64,000 nt of DNA from Gemmatimonadota bacterium (lineage in GTDB: Bacteria; Latescibacterota; UBA2968; UBA8231). This document shows positions 48,616 through 59,944 of the stretch, piece by piece. How positions within the stretch are numbered: position 1 is the stretch's first letter; the number at the start of each line of letters is the position of its first letter. The notes below the pieces were generated by a model. It was not told the origin of the DNA, did no database searches, and saw only the letters and a program-made list of their open reading frames with translations. Both the position numbers and the translations under genes were made by a program. The stretch is taken from positions 34,681 to 98,680 of the forward strand of contig JAYPJE010000004.1 of the NCBI GenBank assembly GCA_038128265.1, in the 5' to 3' direction.

Positions 48616-50508
48616 TTAGTTATTTAGCTTTGCGCGCAGAGCGCCGTTGTCTGGATCAAACTCCAGCGCGCGACGCCAATAGCGCTGGGCGTCGTCGCGG
48701 CGTCCCTGAGCGTGGGCAATATCTCCGGCATGCTCGCATATGACGGCCGCTTCTTCGGCATCGCCTTCGTCCATCCACTCCATAGATTGGGCGAGATATT
48801 GCTCGGCCTGATCCAATTCGCCCAGCTGATAATAGGCCCAACCCAAGCTGTCGAGAAACGCACTGTTCTGCGGTTCGATGGCAATTGCGCGCAGCAGAAG
48901 CTCCACTGCTTCCTGCAGATGAATGCCCTTCTCGGCATACATATAGCCCAAGTAATTGAGCGCAAAGGCATCTTCTGGATCGGCCTCGATCAGCTTCTGA
49001 AACGTTTCTATGGCGAGCCGGAAGTAGTCTCCGTTCTGCGTTGCACGGGATGCCTGCTCGTAGCAGGCACCGAGGTAAAACAGCACGTTGAAGTCGTCGG
49101 CCAGCAGCGGAACGGCCATGTTCAACTTTTCCAGCGCTTCATCCCAGCGCGCCAGCTGCTGCAGGGCAATCCCCCACTGCAGCCAGACCTGGCCCTCCTG
49201 TGGACCGATATGCCACGCCGCCTCGTACCGCGACAGCGCCTCATCCCAGCGCGCCAGCTGACCTAAACAAATGCCCCAGCGCAGGTACAGTTCGACACTG
49301 GGACCAGCCTGCTGTATACCCTCCCTATAGCGAGCAATAGCCGCTTCCCACAGATCCTGCTGCTCGAGAGCAATCCCCACGTAGTGGTAGAGATCGCTGT
49401 TGTCCGGCTGCCGTTCCAACGCGCCTTCATACACTTCGACCGCACGCTCAAAGCGCCCGTCACGCTCGAGCGCCGTGCCCCAGAACAGGTAGAGATCGCT
49501 GCTGTCGGGCATGGCGCTGACCGCCTGCTGCATCACCGATTCAAGCTGGTCGTAATCCTCGAGATAGACGTAGTAATTGCCCAGGTCAATCCACTCCTCG
49601 ACGCTGTTTGGCTGCATATTAATCACCCGCTTGAACAGCAGGGCAGCCAGGTCTACTTTGCCCGCATCGGACAGCACGACACCCAATCGATAGAGCAAAT
49701 CGGGCGGCTCTTCGCGGGCAATTTCTTCCAGGTCGGGCTCGGCGACAATAAGGCGCGCCAGGTAGTAAAGCGGCAGCGAGCTATCGGGCATTTGGCGCGC
49801 GGCATCTCGGTAAATCTGCATCGCCTGCTGGCGCTGGCCCTGCGACAGCTTGAGCTCGGCCAGCCCCAACCAGGCATCTTCCACTTCGGCATTCTCACTC
49901 AGAACACCCAGGTAGACTTCCTCTGCGCGCGCGCGCTTGCCTATGCGCGTGTAAACCGCCGCGATATCCACTTTAATCTCGGCCGGCGTCGTCGCATCGG
50001 CCAAAATAGAATCGAATAGCTTGGCCACGCGCGGTGCCTGACCCGTTTCCAGATATAGGTAGGCCAAGTGGCGGTACAGGGGCCAGCTCGCCTTCTCGTA
50101 GGTGAGCAAGGCCTCTATCTGCTCTACGGCCTCTTCCTGATCCCCCTGCCGCTCCAGTATCTGGACGAGAAAGCGCCGCAGCGGCACATCGCTCGGGTCG
50201 ATAGTCAATCCCTTGCGGGCAAAATGTGCCGCCATTTGCAGGTCGTCGATGCGACGATAATTGTAGGCGAGCTGGGCAAAAATAGTAGCCGAACTCGGAT
50301 CGAGGTCAGCGGCATTGCGCAAGGCGACAATTGCACCCATATAGTTGCCCTCTGACTCAAATACCTTGGCGCGGATAAAGTACTGCATCGCCTGGCGGCG
50401 CTCCCCTCCGTCGACCTGCTCGCGCCCCATCGGGCGCAGAGACGCACAGCCCACGCTGAACAGTGCCAGCAGCATTAATGCGTTCGACACGGCGCGCGGT
50501 GTCTTCAT
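48616..50508 (-). CDS. TPR-repeat lipoprotein
   Basis: SVGC lipobox from ATG 50508, many TPRs and 'ALNYLGYMYAE..FLDSLGWAYY'. Confidence 0.88.
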   Translation of the reverse strand: MKTPRAVSNALMLLALFSVGCASLRPMGREQVDGGERRQAMQYFIRAKVFESEGNYMGAIVALRNAADLDPSSATIFAQLAYNYRRIDDLQMAAHFARKGLTIDPSDVPLRRFLVQILERQGDQEEAVEQIEALLTYEKASWPLYRHLAYLYLETGQAPRVAKLFDSILADATTPAEIKVDIAAVYTRIGKRARAEEVYLGVLSENAEVEDAWLGLAELKLSQGQRQQAMQIYRDAARQMPDSSLPLYYLARLIVAEPDLEEIAREEPPDLLYRLGVVLSDAGKVDLAALLFKRVINMQPNSVEEWIDLGNYYVYLEDYDQLESVMQQAVSAMPDSSDLYLFWGTALERDGRFERAVEVYEGALERQPDNSDLYHYVGIALEQQDLWEAAIARYREGIQQAGPSVELYLRWGICLGQLARWDEALSRYEAAWHIGPQEGQVWLQWGIALQQLARWDEALEKLNMAVPLLADDFNVLFYLGACYEQASRATQNGDYFRLAIETFQKLIEADPEDAFALNYLGYMYAEKGIHLQEAVELLLRAIAIEPQNSAFLDSLGWAYYQLGELDQAEQYLAQSMEWMDEGDAEEAAVICEHAGDIAHAQGRRDDAQRYWRRALEFDPDNGALRAKLNN

Positions 50509-50521
50509 CGAGCGGACCCTT

Positions 50522-51358
50522 TCACTGGCGGATTGTCTTTGGATCGAGCGCGTCGCGCAGGCCGTCACCGAAGAGGTTGATGGCGAGCACTACGACAAAA
50601 ATGGCCAAGCCGGGAAACGTCATCACCCAGGGCGCATCGAGCAGCAGTTCGCGTCCGCCGGCCAGCATGGCCCCCCATTCCGGCAGGGGCGGCTGCGCGC
50701 CTAAACCCAGAAAGCTCAGACCGGCGGCATCGAGAATGGCCGTCCCTAAACCCAGCGTAGTCTGCACAATAATCGGCGCCATGCAGTTGGGCAATACACC
50801 GACCAGCACGATGCGCATCTGGCTCGCACCCAGCGCGCGCGCCGCTTCGACATAGGCCGTTTCCCGCACTGTCAGCACAGACGAGCGCACCAGCCGCGCA
50901 AACTGCGGTATCAGCACAACGCTGACTGCCATAATGGCGTTGTCGATGCCCGGGCCGGCGACGGCGACGATGGAAATGGCCAGCAGGATACTGGGAAAGG
51001 CCAGCAGCAGATCCATAAAGCGCATGATCAGCGTATCGGCCCAACCGCCCCAATAACCGGCCCACAGTCCCAGCAGCGTACCCACGACCAGCGCCGCGCC
51101 TATGGAAGCACCGCCTATGCGCAGAGAGATACGCGAGCCGTAGATAATGCGGCTCAGTATGTCGCGACCAAAGTCGTCCGTGCCCAGCGGGTGGTCGAGC
51201 GAAGGGGGCTGCAGGCGTGCGTAGAGGTTCTGCTCTAGCGGATCGTGGGGGGCCAATACAGGCGCAAGCACAGCGGTCAACACGAGCAGCACCAGTACGC
51301 CCCCACCCGCCATAGCCAGGCGCTGTTGGCGCAGCTTTTTCCACGTATCACCGAGCAA
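50522..51358 (-). CDS. dppC: Peptide ABC transporter permease (DppC-like)
   Basis: Motifs HPLGTDDFGRDILSRIIYG, YVEAARALGA and LSFLGLGAQPPLPEWG. Confidence 0.92.
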   Translation of the reverse strand: MLGDTWKKLRQQRLAMAGGGVLVLLVLTAVLAPVLAPHDPLEQNLYARLQPPSLDHPLGTDDFGRDILSRIIYGSRISLRIGGASIGAALVVGTLLGLWAGYWGGWADTLIMRFMDLLLAFPSILLAISIVAVAGPGIDNAIMAVSVVLIPQFARLVRSSVLTVRETAYVEAARALGASQMRIVLVGVLPNCMAPIIVQTTLGLGTAILDAAGLSFLGLGAQPPLPEWGAMLAGGRELLLDAPWVMTFPGLAIFVVVLAINLFGDGLRDALDPKTIRQ

Positions 51359-51460
51359 AGGGACATCTCCCTAACGGATCTACTGCACGGGTTCGACCCG
51401 TTGGCTGCACCGGCCGGCCGGCCAACCGTGCCCTCCCTGTGCGTTGTCCACCGGACGCAC

Positions 51461-53638
51461 TCACGGAGCAATCCTCAGCACCAGCACCCCCAGCGGCGGC
51501 AGCTGCAGCACCGTGGAGGCGGGCTGGCCGTGCCAGGGTAGCTCTTCGGCAACAAGGGTTCCGCCATTGCCCATACCACTGCCCCCGTAGCAGGTCGCAT
51601 CGCTATTGAGCACCTCGACATAACGACCCGCGCGCGGCACCCCCAGCCGATAGGCCTCGCGCGGGACCGGAGTAAAATTGCATACAAATACAACCTCGTC
51701 AGCACCGGCCGCTCGGCGCAGAAAGGACAGGGTGCTGTGTTCCCCATCGAGGCAGTCGATCCAGGCAAAGCCCTGCGGGTCGGCATCGGCCCGATGCAGA
51801 GCAGGTTCATTGCAATAGGCTCGATTGAGATCGCGCAGCCACTGCTGCACGCCGCGATGGTGCGCCGATTCCAGCAGCTGCCAGTCGAGTGCGCGATCGT
51901 GATCCCACTCGTTCCAAGGCGCCAGCTCGGATCCCATAAAGAGCAATTTCTTACCCGGATGGCCGAACATAAAGCCGTAGAGCAGGCGCAGGTTGGCAAA
52001 CTTCTGCCAATCGTCGCCCGGCATCTTGGCCAGCAGCGACTTCTTCCCGTGCACTACCTCGTCGTGCGAGAGCGGCAGCACAAAGTTCTCGTGGTGGGCA
52101 TAGACCATGCTAAAGGTCAGGTCCCCGTGGTGCCACCTGCGGTGGATTGGATCGCGCTCCATATAGTGCAGGCAGTCGTTCATCCATCCCATATTCCACT
52201 TGAAGCCGAACCCCAACCCACCGGCGTATACGGGACGCGAGACCGCGGGCCAGGCCGTCGATTCCTCGGCGATGGTCACGGCACCGGGACAGCGCGCATA
52301 GACTACACTATTGAGCTCCTTTAAGAATTCGATTGCCTCCAAATTTTCGCGCCCGCCGTAGCGGTTGGGCACCCACTCGCCCTCCTGGCGAGAGTAGTCC
52401 AAGTAGAGCATGGAAGCCACGGCGTCGACGCGCAGTCCGTCGACGTGGTAGTGCTCGAGCCAGAACAGCGCATTGGAGAGCAAGAACGAGCGCACTTCGT
52501 CGCGCCCGTAGTTAAAGATCATCGTGTCCCAATCGGGATGCCAGCCCTGGCGCAGGTCGGCGTGCTCGTACAGCGCCGTGCCGTCAAAGCGCGCCAGACC
52601 GTGCGCGTCTTTGGGAAAATGTCCGGGCACCCAGTCGACGATGACGCCGATATGGTGGCGATGGCAGTAGTCGACAAAGTAGGCGAAGTCACGCGGGCGA
52701 CCAAAGCGCGCACTCGGGGCAAAATACCCCGTTACCTGATAGCCCCACGAGCCGTCGAAGGGATGCTCGGCCAACGCCATCAGTTCCAGATGGGTAAATC
52801 CCATATCGCGCGCATAGCCGACCAGTTGATGGGCCAGTTCGCGCCAATTTAGGCGGCTACCGTCGCCGTTTCGACGCCACGAGCCGGGATGCACCTCATA
52901 GATGCTGACGGGACGCTCCACCCACTGCCCGTCGGCGCGCCGCTCCATCCATTCGTCGTCATTCCAGGTAAAATCGTCGATGTCTTCTACGAGCGAGGCC
53001 GTGCTGGGCGGCGGTTCGGCGGCAAAGGCATAGGGGTCGCTCTTTAGCAGCACCTGGCCAGACGGGTCCAGCAGCTCGTATTTGTAGAGCGCTCCGACCC
53101 CGACCTGCGGCAGGAACACCTCCCAGAGACCGGAATCGCCCAGCGGCCGCATGGGATGGCGGCGGCCGTCCCAGCCATTGAAATCGCCGACCACGCTCAC
53201 TCGACGCGCATTGGGAGCCCACACGGCAAAGTAGGTGCCGTCTACTCCGTCGACGTCCATCGGGTGCGCACCGAGCAAGCGGTGCGCACCGTGCTGCTTG
53301 CCCTCATTAAATAGGTAGCGATCCTCTTCGGCCAGCATGGGCCAAAACGAATAGGGGTCGCGCATACGGCGCTGGTCGCCGCCCGGCTCCGTTACTTCCA
53401 GTTCGTAGGCGAAGGGCTCCGCGCGGTCATCTATGGAAGCGACAAACAGGCCCTCAGAGGCAACCAACTGCATCGGCCAACGGCCCGCACCTCCGCGCTC
53501 GACTACGGTCGCAGAATCGGCTCCCGGCAAAAACGCCCGCACCTGCAGAATGCCCTCTGTCTGATGCATACCCAGCACGGCAAACGGGTCGGCGCATTCG
53601 GCGCGAAGGATTGACTCGATAGCGACATTGGACAGCAT
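51461..53638 (-). CDS. glgB: 1,4-alpha-glucan branching enzyme
   Basis: Motifs [43 protein letters not shown] and [10 protein letters not shown]. Start refined to ATG 53638. Confidence 0.96.
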   Translation of the reverse strand: MLSNVAIESILRAECADPFAVLGMHQTEGILQVRAFLPGADSATVVERGGAGRWPMQLVASEGLFVASIDDRAEPFAYELEVTEPGGDQRRMRDPYSFWPMLAEEDRYLFNEGKQHGAHRLLGAHPMDVDGVDGTYFAVWAPNARRVSVVGDFNGWDGRRHPMRPLGDSGLWEVFLPQVGVGALYKYELLDPSGQVLLKSDPYAFAAEPPPSTASLVEDIDDFTWNDDEWMERRADGQWVERPVSIYEVHPGSWRRNGDGSRLNWRELAHQLVGYARDMGFTHLELMALAEHPFDGSWGYQVTGYFAPSARFGRPRDFAYFVDYCHRHHIGVIVDWVPGHFPKDAHGLARFDGTALYEHADLRQGWHPDWDTMIFNYGRDEVRSFLLSNALFWLEHYHVDGLRVDAVASMLYLDYSRQEGEWVPNRYGGRENLEAIEFLKELNSVVYARCPGAVTIAEESTAWPAVSRPVYAGGLGFGFKWNMGWMNDCLHYMERDPIHRRWHHGDLTFSMVYAHHENFVLPLSHDEVVHGKKSLLAKMPGDDWQKFANLRLLYGFMFGHPGKKLLFMGSELAPWNEWDHDRALDWQLLESAHHRGVQQWLRDLNRAYCNEPALHRADADPQGFAWIDCLDGEHSTLSFLRRAAGADEVVFVCNFTPVPREAYRLGVPRAGRYVEVLNSDATCYGGSGMGNGGTLVAEELPWHGQPASTVLQLPPLGVLVLRIAP

Positions 53639-53645
53639 GAAGTGC

Positions 53646-55511
53646 CTAGTGATGATGGTGATCGTGTTGGTGACCGGGAGATGCTGCAGCGTGCGCATGA
53701 CCACAGCCGCACTCGTCGGCGTCGCCCGCCGCTTCGGCGTGATGGTGGTCGCCGTGATCGTGCTCGTCATCGCCGCCGGAAAACACTTCGCCGACAAAGG
53801 CACGCGGCCCCATGCGAACGAGAGAGGCTAAAAATAGCACGCCGAGCGCGACGGCACAGAGGCCCTGCCAGCTGTACCATTCCAGTGATTCACCCGCACT
53901 TAGCGACGGCGCGTTGACGGTGGGCAACAGCGCATTAACACCCCATCCCAGCACAATCGCCAACGCCATAATGGCTGCGGCAAAGGCGAGGGCTAAGTGG
54001 CGCCCGTGCAGGCGCGAGAGCAGGCCAAAGGTCGTCAGGTTAGTCGCCGGTCCCGTGAGCAAAAACGCCAGCGCGGCGCCCGGCGAAACGCCTTTATACA
54101 CCAGCACAGCCGCCAGCGGCGTTGCGCCCGAGGCACAGACGTATGTTGGCACGCCAAGCAGCGCGAAGAGGGCCACTTCCGCTACGGCCGGCACGGCCAT
54201 CAGCCATTCGGCACTCAGCAACGAATCGGCCAGCGCAGCCACGCCAAGACCCAGCGCAATCCACGGCGCCGTATCGTCTACGACTTCACCCAGACCGGTC
54301 TGCATACTACGCGACAGGCGTGCGCGCAAATCAAGCGACGGTCGCGGTTCAGCCTCCTCTGGGCTATATGGCATGGAGGTCTGCGCCCAGCGGCCAATGC
54401 CCCAACCAATGCCCAATGCAACAAGCGCTGCACAGCCCACGCGCACCAAGGTGAATTCTCCACCCAGCAGCGGCAGCGATATCAGCACGGCATCTATACT
54501 CAGCTCGGGCGTAGCCACCAGAAAGCTCAGCGCAGCAGAAACCGGCACGCCCTGGCCGACCAAACTGCGATAGACGGGGACCACACCGCATGAGCAAATG
54601 GGTAGGGGCAAGCCGAAGGTAGCCCCGCGCACAGCCTGCGATAGATGACCTCCGCGCCCCATCCACGCCAACGAGGCCTTTGGCATAAACTCGTATACCA
54701 AACCCGCTGCCACATAGGCCAGCAGCAGGGCTGGTGCACTCTCCCAGACGAGGCGCAGCAGGACATGACCCGCCTCGAGCATCCTGGGGTCCAAGTGGTC
54801 TGCCGCCATAAAGGAGAGCAGCGCCAATCCGCCGACCGCGCCCAGGCCCGCGTGGCGCCGGCGCGCCGACGGCGAAGACGACGACTCGGCGATGGGATAG
54901 GATCGATGGACTACTACGTGCAGCAAGGTACCGGCTACCAGCGCCTGAAACAGGCCGCGACCGTCGTTGGCCATGCCCCCAATCGCTGCTTCGCCGAGGG
55001 AAAAACCCAACACGGTCGCCACGCCGATCAACACCAGCGTTGCCAGCGCCAGGGGCAAGCCGTATACGGGTCGAATGAGAAACCAGACCATCAGGCCCAC
55101 CGGCAGGCGATGCAATACGACGGCCATGGGCAACATATGCTCGCCGCCGTGCGCGTGTCCCCCCTGTCCCAGCGCCAATCCATCCGTAAACGCATGTAGA
55201 CCAATGCCAGCCAGCGCCAACAGCAGGGCGACGGCATGCGCCTGACGGGCGATCCTGCCCAGCCGGTGCTCAACGAGACCGGGGCCCAACAGCCCGAGCG
55301 CCAACGCGGCAAAGGCCGGCCAGCCGGCCAAGTGATAGGTCTCTGGAACGATGTGGATAAAGACGAGTCCACCAATCGTTATAAACACAAACCCATCCAA
55401 CGCAGCCAGCATTGATCCGGTTACGCGTGCCAGCTGGTGTAGCACGGGCCCCACGGCCAGCACCAGCAGACTCAGCACCAATAGGTAGACTTCGGTATGT
55501 TCGCCGTGCAC
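53646..55511 (-). CDS. Metal transporter: ZIP-like domain fused to DUF318/ArsP-type permease, His-rich tail
   Basis: N-half HIVPE, HAFTDG and LHRLPVG (ZIP motifs); C-half [22 protein letters not shown] and GPATN; C-terminal HDHGDHHH...HQHDHHHH. Confidence 0.8.
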   Translation of the reverse strand: MHGEHTEVYLLVLSLLVLAVGPVLHQLARVTGSMLAALDGFVFITIGGLVFIHIVPETYHLAGWPAFAALALGLLGPGLVEHRLGRIARQAHAVALLLALAGIGLHAFTDGLALGQGGHAHGGEHMLPMAVVLHRLPVGLMVWFLIRPVYGLPLALATLVLIGVATVLGFSLGEAAIGGMANDGRGLFQALVAGTLLHVVVHRSYPIAESSSSPSARRRHAGLGAVGGLALLSFMAADHLDPRMLEAGHVLLRLVWESAPALLLAYVAAGLVYEFMPKASLAWMGRGGHLSQAVRGATFGLPLPICSCGVVPVYRSLVGQGVPVSAALSFLVATPELSIDAVLISLPLLGGEFTLVRVGCAALVALGIGWGIGRWAQTSMPYSPEEAEPRPSLDLRARLSRSMQTGLGEVVDDTAPWIALGLGVAALADSLLSAEWLMAVPAVAEVALFALLGVPTYVCASGATPLAAVLVYKGVSPGAALAFLLTGPATNLTTFGLLSRLHGRHLALAFAAAIMALAIVLGWGVNALLPTVNAPSLSAGESLEWYSWQGLCAVALGVLFLASLVRMGPRAFVGEVFSGGDDEHDHGDHHHAEAAGDADECGCGHAHAAASPGHQHDHHHH

Positions 55512-55680
55512 GTATCTCTAACAGAGCTTAGGGTAGCGGCGCCTTGCGCGCCTTTGGCAGGCTTTTAAAATAAGGTAATTTCCGCAAAGTCCCAAGCCGA
55601 GGACTTGCCCGAGGCACTAGCTATCATTTTTATTTATCTATAACTTATAGCAAATTCCAACCGGATCAGAACTAGCGCCA

Positions 55681-57012
55681 TTGAAATCGCATATCCGCAG
55701 CGGCTGGGGGCTCTATCCGCAAGTCGAGACGCGCGTCGTTCGCGCACACCAGGCCGACGATCTGGCCCGCGCCCACCCGCACACTTCCCTGCTAGCGCAG
55801 GGCAGCTGCCGCTCCTACGGCGACGCCTGCCTGTCGGAGCGTGTGGTATCGACCGCTCCCCTGCACCACCTGCTCGAGTTCGACGCCGAGCGCGGCACCG
55901 TGCGCTGCGAGGCGGGCATCACCCTCGACCGCCTTATCGCCTTTATCGCGCCGCGCGGCTTTTTTTTGCCGGTGACTCCGGGCACAAAATTCCCTACGCT
56001 GGGCGGCTGCATTGCCGCCGACGTGCACGGCAAGAACCACCATAGCGAGGGATCAATTGCCCACTTTGTCGAAGAAATCGAACTCGTACTAGCCGACGGC
56101 TCGCTGGTGCGCTGTGCGCCCACTGAGCGCGCTGACCTATTTTGGGCTACGGTCGGCGGCATGGGCCTGACCGGTGCAATGTACGCCGCAACGCTGCGCC
56201 TCAAAAAGGTAGGCTCTTCCTACATGCGCACGCGCACCGTCAAAACGCGCAACTTCGACGAACTGTGCCAGATTTTTGAGGAAACACAGGACCGCTACAC
56301 CTATTCAGTCGCCTGGGTGGATAGCCTAGCCAGCGGAGCCCACCTCGGACGCAGTTCGCTTATTCTCGGCGAGCACGCCGACGCCGATGGAGCCCCACCC
56401 GCAGCCCCTTTCAAGGTGCACGGCAGCGGCGGCCCCAGCGTTCCGTTCTTCTTTCCCAGCAGAGCGCTAAATGGCCTGACTATGCGCGTATTTAACGCGC
56501 TGGTCTACCACCGCCAGCTCCGCCGCGAATGCGATGCCGTCGTTCACTATGACCCCTATTTTTACCCGCTGGACTTCGTGCGCCAGTGGAACCGCATCTA
56601 CGGTCGCCGCGGCTTTCTGCAGTACCAGTTTGCCGTGCCCTTTGACGGCGGACGGGCGCTGATGTCGGATATTCTGACCCGCATTGCCCAACGCGGCGTC
56701 GCCTCGTTTCTCACCGTGCTCAAAACGCTGGGCGCCGAGAGCGGGGGCCTGCTTTCCTTCCCCATGCCCGGCTACACCCTAGCGCTCGATATTCCGCTGC
56801 ACGACCGGAGCATTATCGCATTCTTAAACGAATTAACTGGGCTAGTCGTCGGCGCCGGCGGACGCATTTATCTGGCCAAAGATGCCATTTTGCAGCGCGC
56901 TGACTTTGAGGCCATGTACCCGCGGCTAGCCGAGTTCAAACGCATAAAGCGCGCCTGCGACCCGCACGGCCGCTTTCGCTCACTGCAATCCGATCGATTG
57001 GGAATAACGTGA
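55681..57012 (+). CDS. DprE1-like FAD-dependent polyprenyl-phosphoribose oxidase
   Basis: Motifs RSYGDA, PVTPGTKF.TLGG..AADVHGKNHH, GGMGLTG, YSVAWVD, FYPLD..WNRIYG..GFLQYQ and GGRIYLAKD. Confidence 0.88.
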   Translation: MKSHIRSGWGLYPQVETRVVRAHQADDLARAHPHTSLLAQGSCRSYGDACLSERVVSTAPLHHLLEFDAERGTVRCEAGITLDRLIAFIAPRGFFLPVTPGTKFPTLGGCIAADVHGKNHHSEGSIAHFVEEIELVLADGSLVRCAPTERADLFWATVGGMGLTGAMYAATLRLKKVGSSYMRTRTVKTRNFDELCQIFEETQDRYTYSVAWVDSLASGAHLGRSSLILGEHADADGAPPAAPFKVHGSGGPSVPFFFPSRALNGLTMRVFNALVYHRQLRRECDAVVHYDPYFYPLDFVRQWNRIYGRRGFLQYQFAVPFDGGRALMSDILTRIAQRGVASFLTVLKTLGAESGGLLSFPMPGYTLALDIPLHDRSIIAFLNELTGLVVGAGGRIYLAKDAILQRADFEAMYPRLAEFKRIKRACDPHGRFRSLQSDRLGIT

Positions 57013-57749
57013 AAAAACGCGCACTCATTCTCGGCGCCAAATCGGCAATCGCCCGCGCCGTCGCCCGGCGCCTGGCCGAAGAGGACTACGACTTCACCCT
57101 GGCCGCGCGCCAGGTAGAGACGCTACAGCCCTTTGCCACCGACCTAGCGCTCCAGCGCGGGTGTCAGGTCGACCTGTTGGAATTCGACGCCTTTGACGTT
57201 GCCGCACTGGAGGAACTGCCGCAGCGCGTCGAGCGCGCATCCGGCCCTTTCGAGCTCGTCGTACTGGTCTTTGGCTACTTGGGTCAGCAGGCGGAAACGG
57301 CCCGCAGCACAGGGGAAATGCTCAAGGTGCTCAACGCCAATTTTACCAGCGCCGCCGTGGCGGTGGGCCACTTGGCCAACTACCTCGAACAGCGCGGGCA
57401 TGGCGGCCTGATCGGCATCGGTTCTGTGGCCGGCGACCGCGGCCGCCAGAGCAATTTTTTCTACGGCGCCGCCAAGGGCGGGCTGGCCCTATTTCTACAG
57501 GGCTTGCGCAATCGCCTAGCCCCCAAAGGCATCCACGTCCTAACGGTCAAACCCGGCTTTGTCGATACGCCAATGACCGAGGGCCTGGACGGCCTGTTCT
57601 TAGTGGCCAAACCGGAGAGGGTCGCCAACGACATCGTGCGCGCCTACAAGCGGCGCAGGGACGTGCTCTACACGCCATTTTTTTGGCGCTGGATTATGCT
57701 GATTATTCGCAGCATCCCCGAGCGCCTCTTCAAAAAGTTGACGCTGTGA
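57009..57749 (+). CDS. DprE2-like short-chain dehydrogenase/reductase
   Basis: Motifs LILGAKSAIA, SVAGDRGRQSNFFYGAAK and KPGFVDTPMT. GTGA-type coupling to the dprE1-like gene. Confidence 0.85.
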   Translation: MKKRALILGAKSAIARAVARRLAEEDYDFTLAARQVETLQPFATDLALQRGCQVDLLEFDAFDVAALEELPQRVERASGPFELVVLVFGYLGQQAETARSTGEMLKVLNANFTSAAVAVGHLANYLEQRGHGGLIGIGSVAGDRGRQSNFFYGAAKGGLALFLQGLRNRLAPKGIHVLTVKPGFVDTPMTEGLDGLFLVAKPERVANDIVRAYKRRRDVLYTPFFWRWIMLIIRSIPERLFKKLTL

Positions 57750-57766
57750 GAGCGAGTCAACAGAAC

Positions 57767-59941
57767 CTATAGAATCTGCTGACCGGCTTCGACCTTCTCG
57801 CCCACCTCGCCGCGCAGGCGCTGCTGCAGCGTCGTGAAGCGCTCCGCTACGTCGTTGTTTTGCACGGCCATGCCCAGCGCCTGCTTGGTTCCGACAATAA
57901 CAATCATCTGCTTGGCGCGCGTAATCGCCGTATAGAGCAGGTTGCGCTGCAGCATGACGTAGTGCTGCGTCGTCAGCGGCAGCACGACAACGGGGAACTC
58001 CGATCCCTGCGAGCGATGCGTGCTGATGGCATAGGCCAGCGTTAGTTCGTCGAGATCGGGCACGTCGTACTCGACGAGCTCGTCAAATCGTATGCGCAGC
58101 ACCTGCTTTTCGCTGTCGATATACTCGACAAATCCCATATCGCCGTTAAAAACGCCCTTGTCGTAGTTGTTCTTGATCTGCATGACCTTATCGCCCACGC
58201 GAAACTCTCCGCCGCCGTGGCGAAAAGCCGGCGCGCCGCCGTTGAGTTTTTCCTGCAGTCGCTGGTTGATATTAAGCGCACCGGTCTCCCCCCTGTACAT
58301 GGGCGAGAGCACCTGTATATCGCGGCGCGCATCGTAGCGCCCGTGCGCGGGCAAACGCCGCGCGCACAGATCTTCGACAACCTCGACTACGCGCGCCGGT
58401 TCGCGCTCTTCGACAAAGAAGAAGTCGCGCGTTTGCCGGTTGTCGAGCAGCGGCATTTCGCCGTCGTTGATTCGGTGCGCATTGGTGATAATGTGGCTGG
58501 TCGATTCCTGGCGAAAAATCTGCGTCAAACGCACAACCGGCACTTCTCCCGAGCCGATGATATCGCGCAGCACGTTGCCCGGCCCGACCGATGGCAGCTG
58601 ATCGACGTCGCCGACGAGGACGAGGCGCGCCGCATCGGGCAGCGCGCGCAGCAGGGCGTTCATCAGCACCACGTCGATCATCGACGCCTCGTCTACGATC
58701 AACGCCTCGACGTTTAGCTTGTCCTCATAGCATTTTTTAAACTGCCCTTCGCCCGGCTGAAACTCCAACAAGCGATGGATCGTTCGCGCCTCGCGCCCCG
58801 TCGCTTCCCCTAAACGCTTAGCCGCCCTGCCCGTAGGCGAGCACAGGGCCACCTTTAGCTCGCCGCGCTCAAAGTTATGCAATATCCGCTTGGTGACCGT
58901 CGTCTTCCCGGTGCCCGGCCCGCCGGTCAGCACCATCACCTTATGCGCGAGCGAGAGATCGACGGCCTCGCGCTGGGTAGGGGCCAACTGGAGCCCGTCG
59001 TCGCTGTCCGCCTGGCTCTCCAATGACTTGGCCGCCCGCGTGCGCAACAGGCGCCGCAGCGATGAAGCCACGCCGACCTCGGCGTGGTAGAGCGGCGGCA
59101 AATAGTAGCGCAGATCCTCCGTCACCACCCCATCGGCCACGCGCAGTGCTTCCAGCGCCGGCGGAACGAGTTCGGCATTGATATCGAGAATCTCCTTGGC
59201 CCGTTCGATCAGTCCGGCGCGCCCGGGCTTTTGCCGCCCCCCAGGCAGATAAACATGGCCGTCGTCAGCCGCCTCGTTGAGCAGAAAGCGAATCCCGGCC
59301 TGCACGCGCTGTGGAGCATCTCTATCCAGCCCCAGATTCTGCGCGATGCGGTCGGCGATGCGAAAACCGATGCCGCGAATATCGCGCTCGAGTCGATAGG
59401 GATTGCTGCGCACTTCCTGGATGGCCTTTTGACCGTACTGCTTAAAAATCTTAACCGCATAGCCCGTGGTGATACCGTGCGACTGCAGAAAGACCATGAC
59501 GTCTTTGACGTGCCGTTGGGCATCCCAAGCCTCGGCGATCATATCGACGCGCTTCTTGCCCAGATTCGGCACTTCCGACAGACGCTGAGGATCGGCGTCT
59601 ATGATATCGAGCGTCTCCTCGCCAAAATGCTCGACAATTCGCTTGGCCGACACGGGGCCAACGCCTTTAATCAGCCCTGAACCAAGATACTTTCTAATGC
59701 CCTCCAACGTGGTCGGATACACCAACCGATAATTTTCTATCTTAAACTGGCGCCCGTATTTAGCGTGATTTATCCACTCGCCTTCGACTTCTACATTCTC
59801 CCCTTCTTCGAGGGCGGCAATAGCCCCAACCACGACGATTTTTTCCCGCTGCCCTTCGGCGACAAGACGCGCAATCGTATAGCCATTTTCCGGATTGTGG
59901 TAGGTTATCCGGTCTATATACCCTTTATAGGTCTCAGCCAT
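57767..59941 (-). CDS. recD2: ATP-dependent RecD2 helicase
   Basis: Motifs YLGSGLIKGVG, NPY, GGPGTGKTT, PTGRAAKRL, DEASM, GDVDQLPSVGPG, YAISTHRSQGSE and RNLLYTAITRAK. Confidence 0.95.
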   Translation of the reverse strand: MAETYKGYIDRITYHNPENGYTIARLVAEGQREKIVVVGAIAALEEGENVEVEGEWINHAKYGRQFKIENYRLVYPTTLEGIRKYLGSGLIKGVGPVSAKRIVEHFGEETLDIIDADPQRLSEVPNLGKKRVDMIAEAWDAQRHVKDVMVFLQSHGITTGYAVKIFKQYGQKAIQEVRSNPYRLERDIRGIGFRIADRIAQNLGLDRDAPQRVQAGIRFLLNEAADDGHVYLPGGRQKPGRAGLIERAKEILDINAELVPPALEALRVADGVVTEDLRYYLPPLYHAEVGVASSLRRLLRTRAAKSLESQADSDDGLQLAPTQREAVDLSLAHKVMVLTGGPGTGKTTVTKRILHNFERGELKVALCSPTGRAAKRLGEATGREARTIHRLLEFQPGEGQFKKCYEDKLNVEALIVDEASMIDVVLMNALLRALPDAARLVLVGDVDQLPSVGPGNVLRDIIGSGEVPVVRLTQIFRQESTSHIITNAHRINDGEMPLLDNRQTRDFFFVEEREPARVVEVVEDLCARRLPAHGRYDARRDIQVLSPMYRGETGALNINQRLQEKLNGGAPAFRHGGGEFRVGDKVMQIKNNYDKGVFNGDMGFVEYIDSEKQVLRIRFDELVEYDVPDLDELTLAYAISTHRSQGSEFPVVVLPLTTQHYVMLQRNLLYTAITRAKQMIVIVGTKQALGMAVQNNDVAERFTTLQQRLRGEVGEKVEAGQQIL

Positions 59942-59944
59942 AGA

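Noticed and set aside
53639..53803. Thr/Ile-repeat N-terminal extension of GlgB
   Set aside because: It is the alternative-frame reading of the His-rich tail of the upstream permease.
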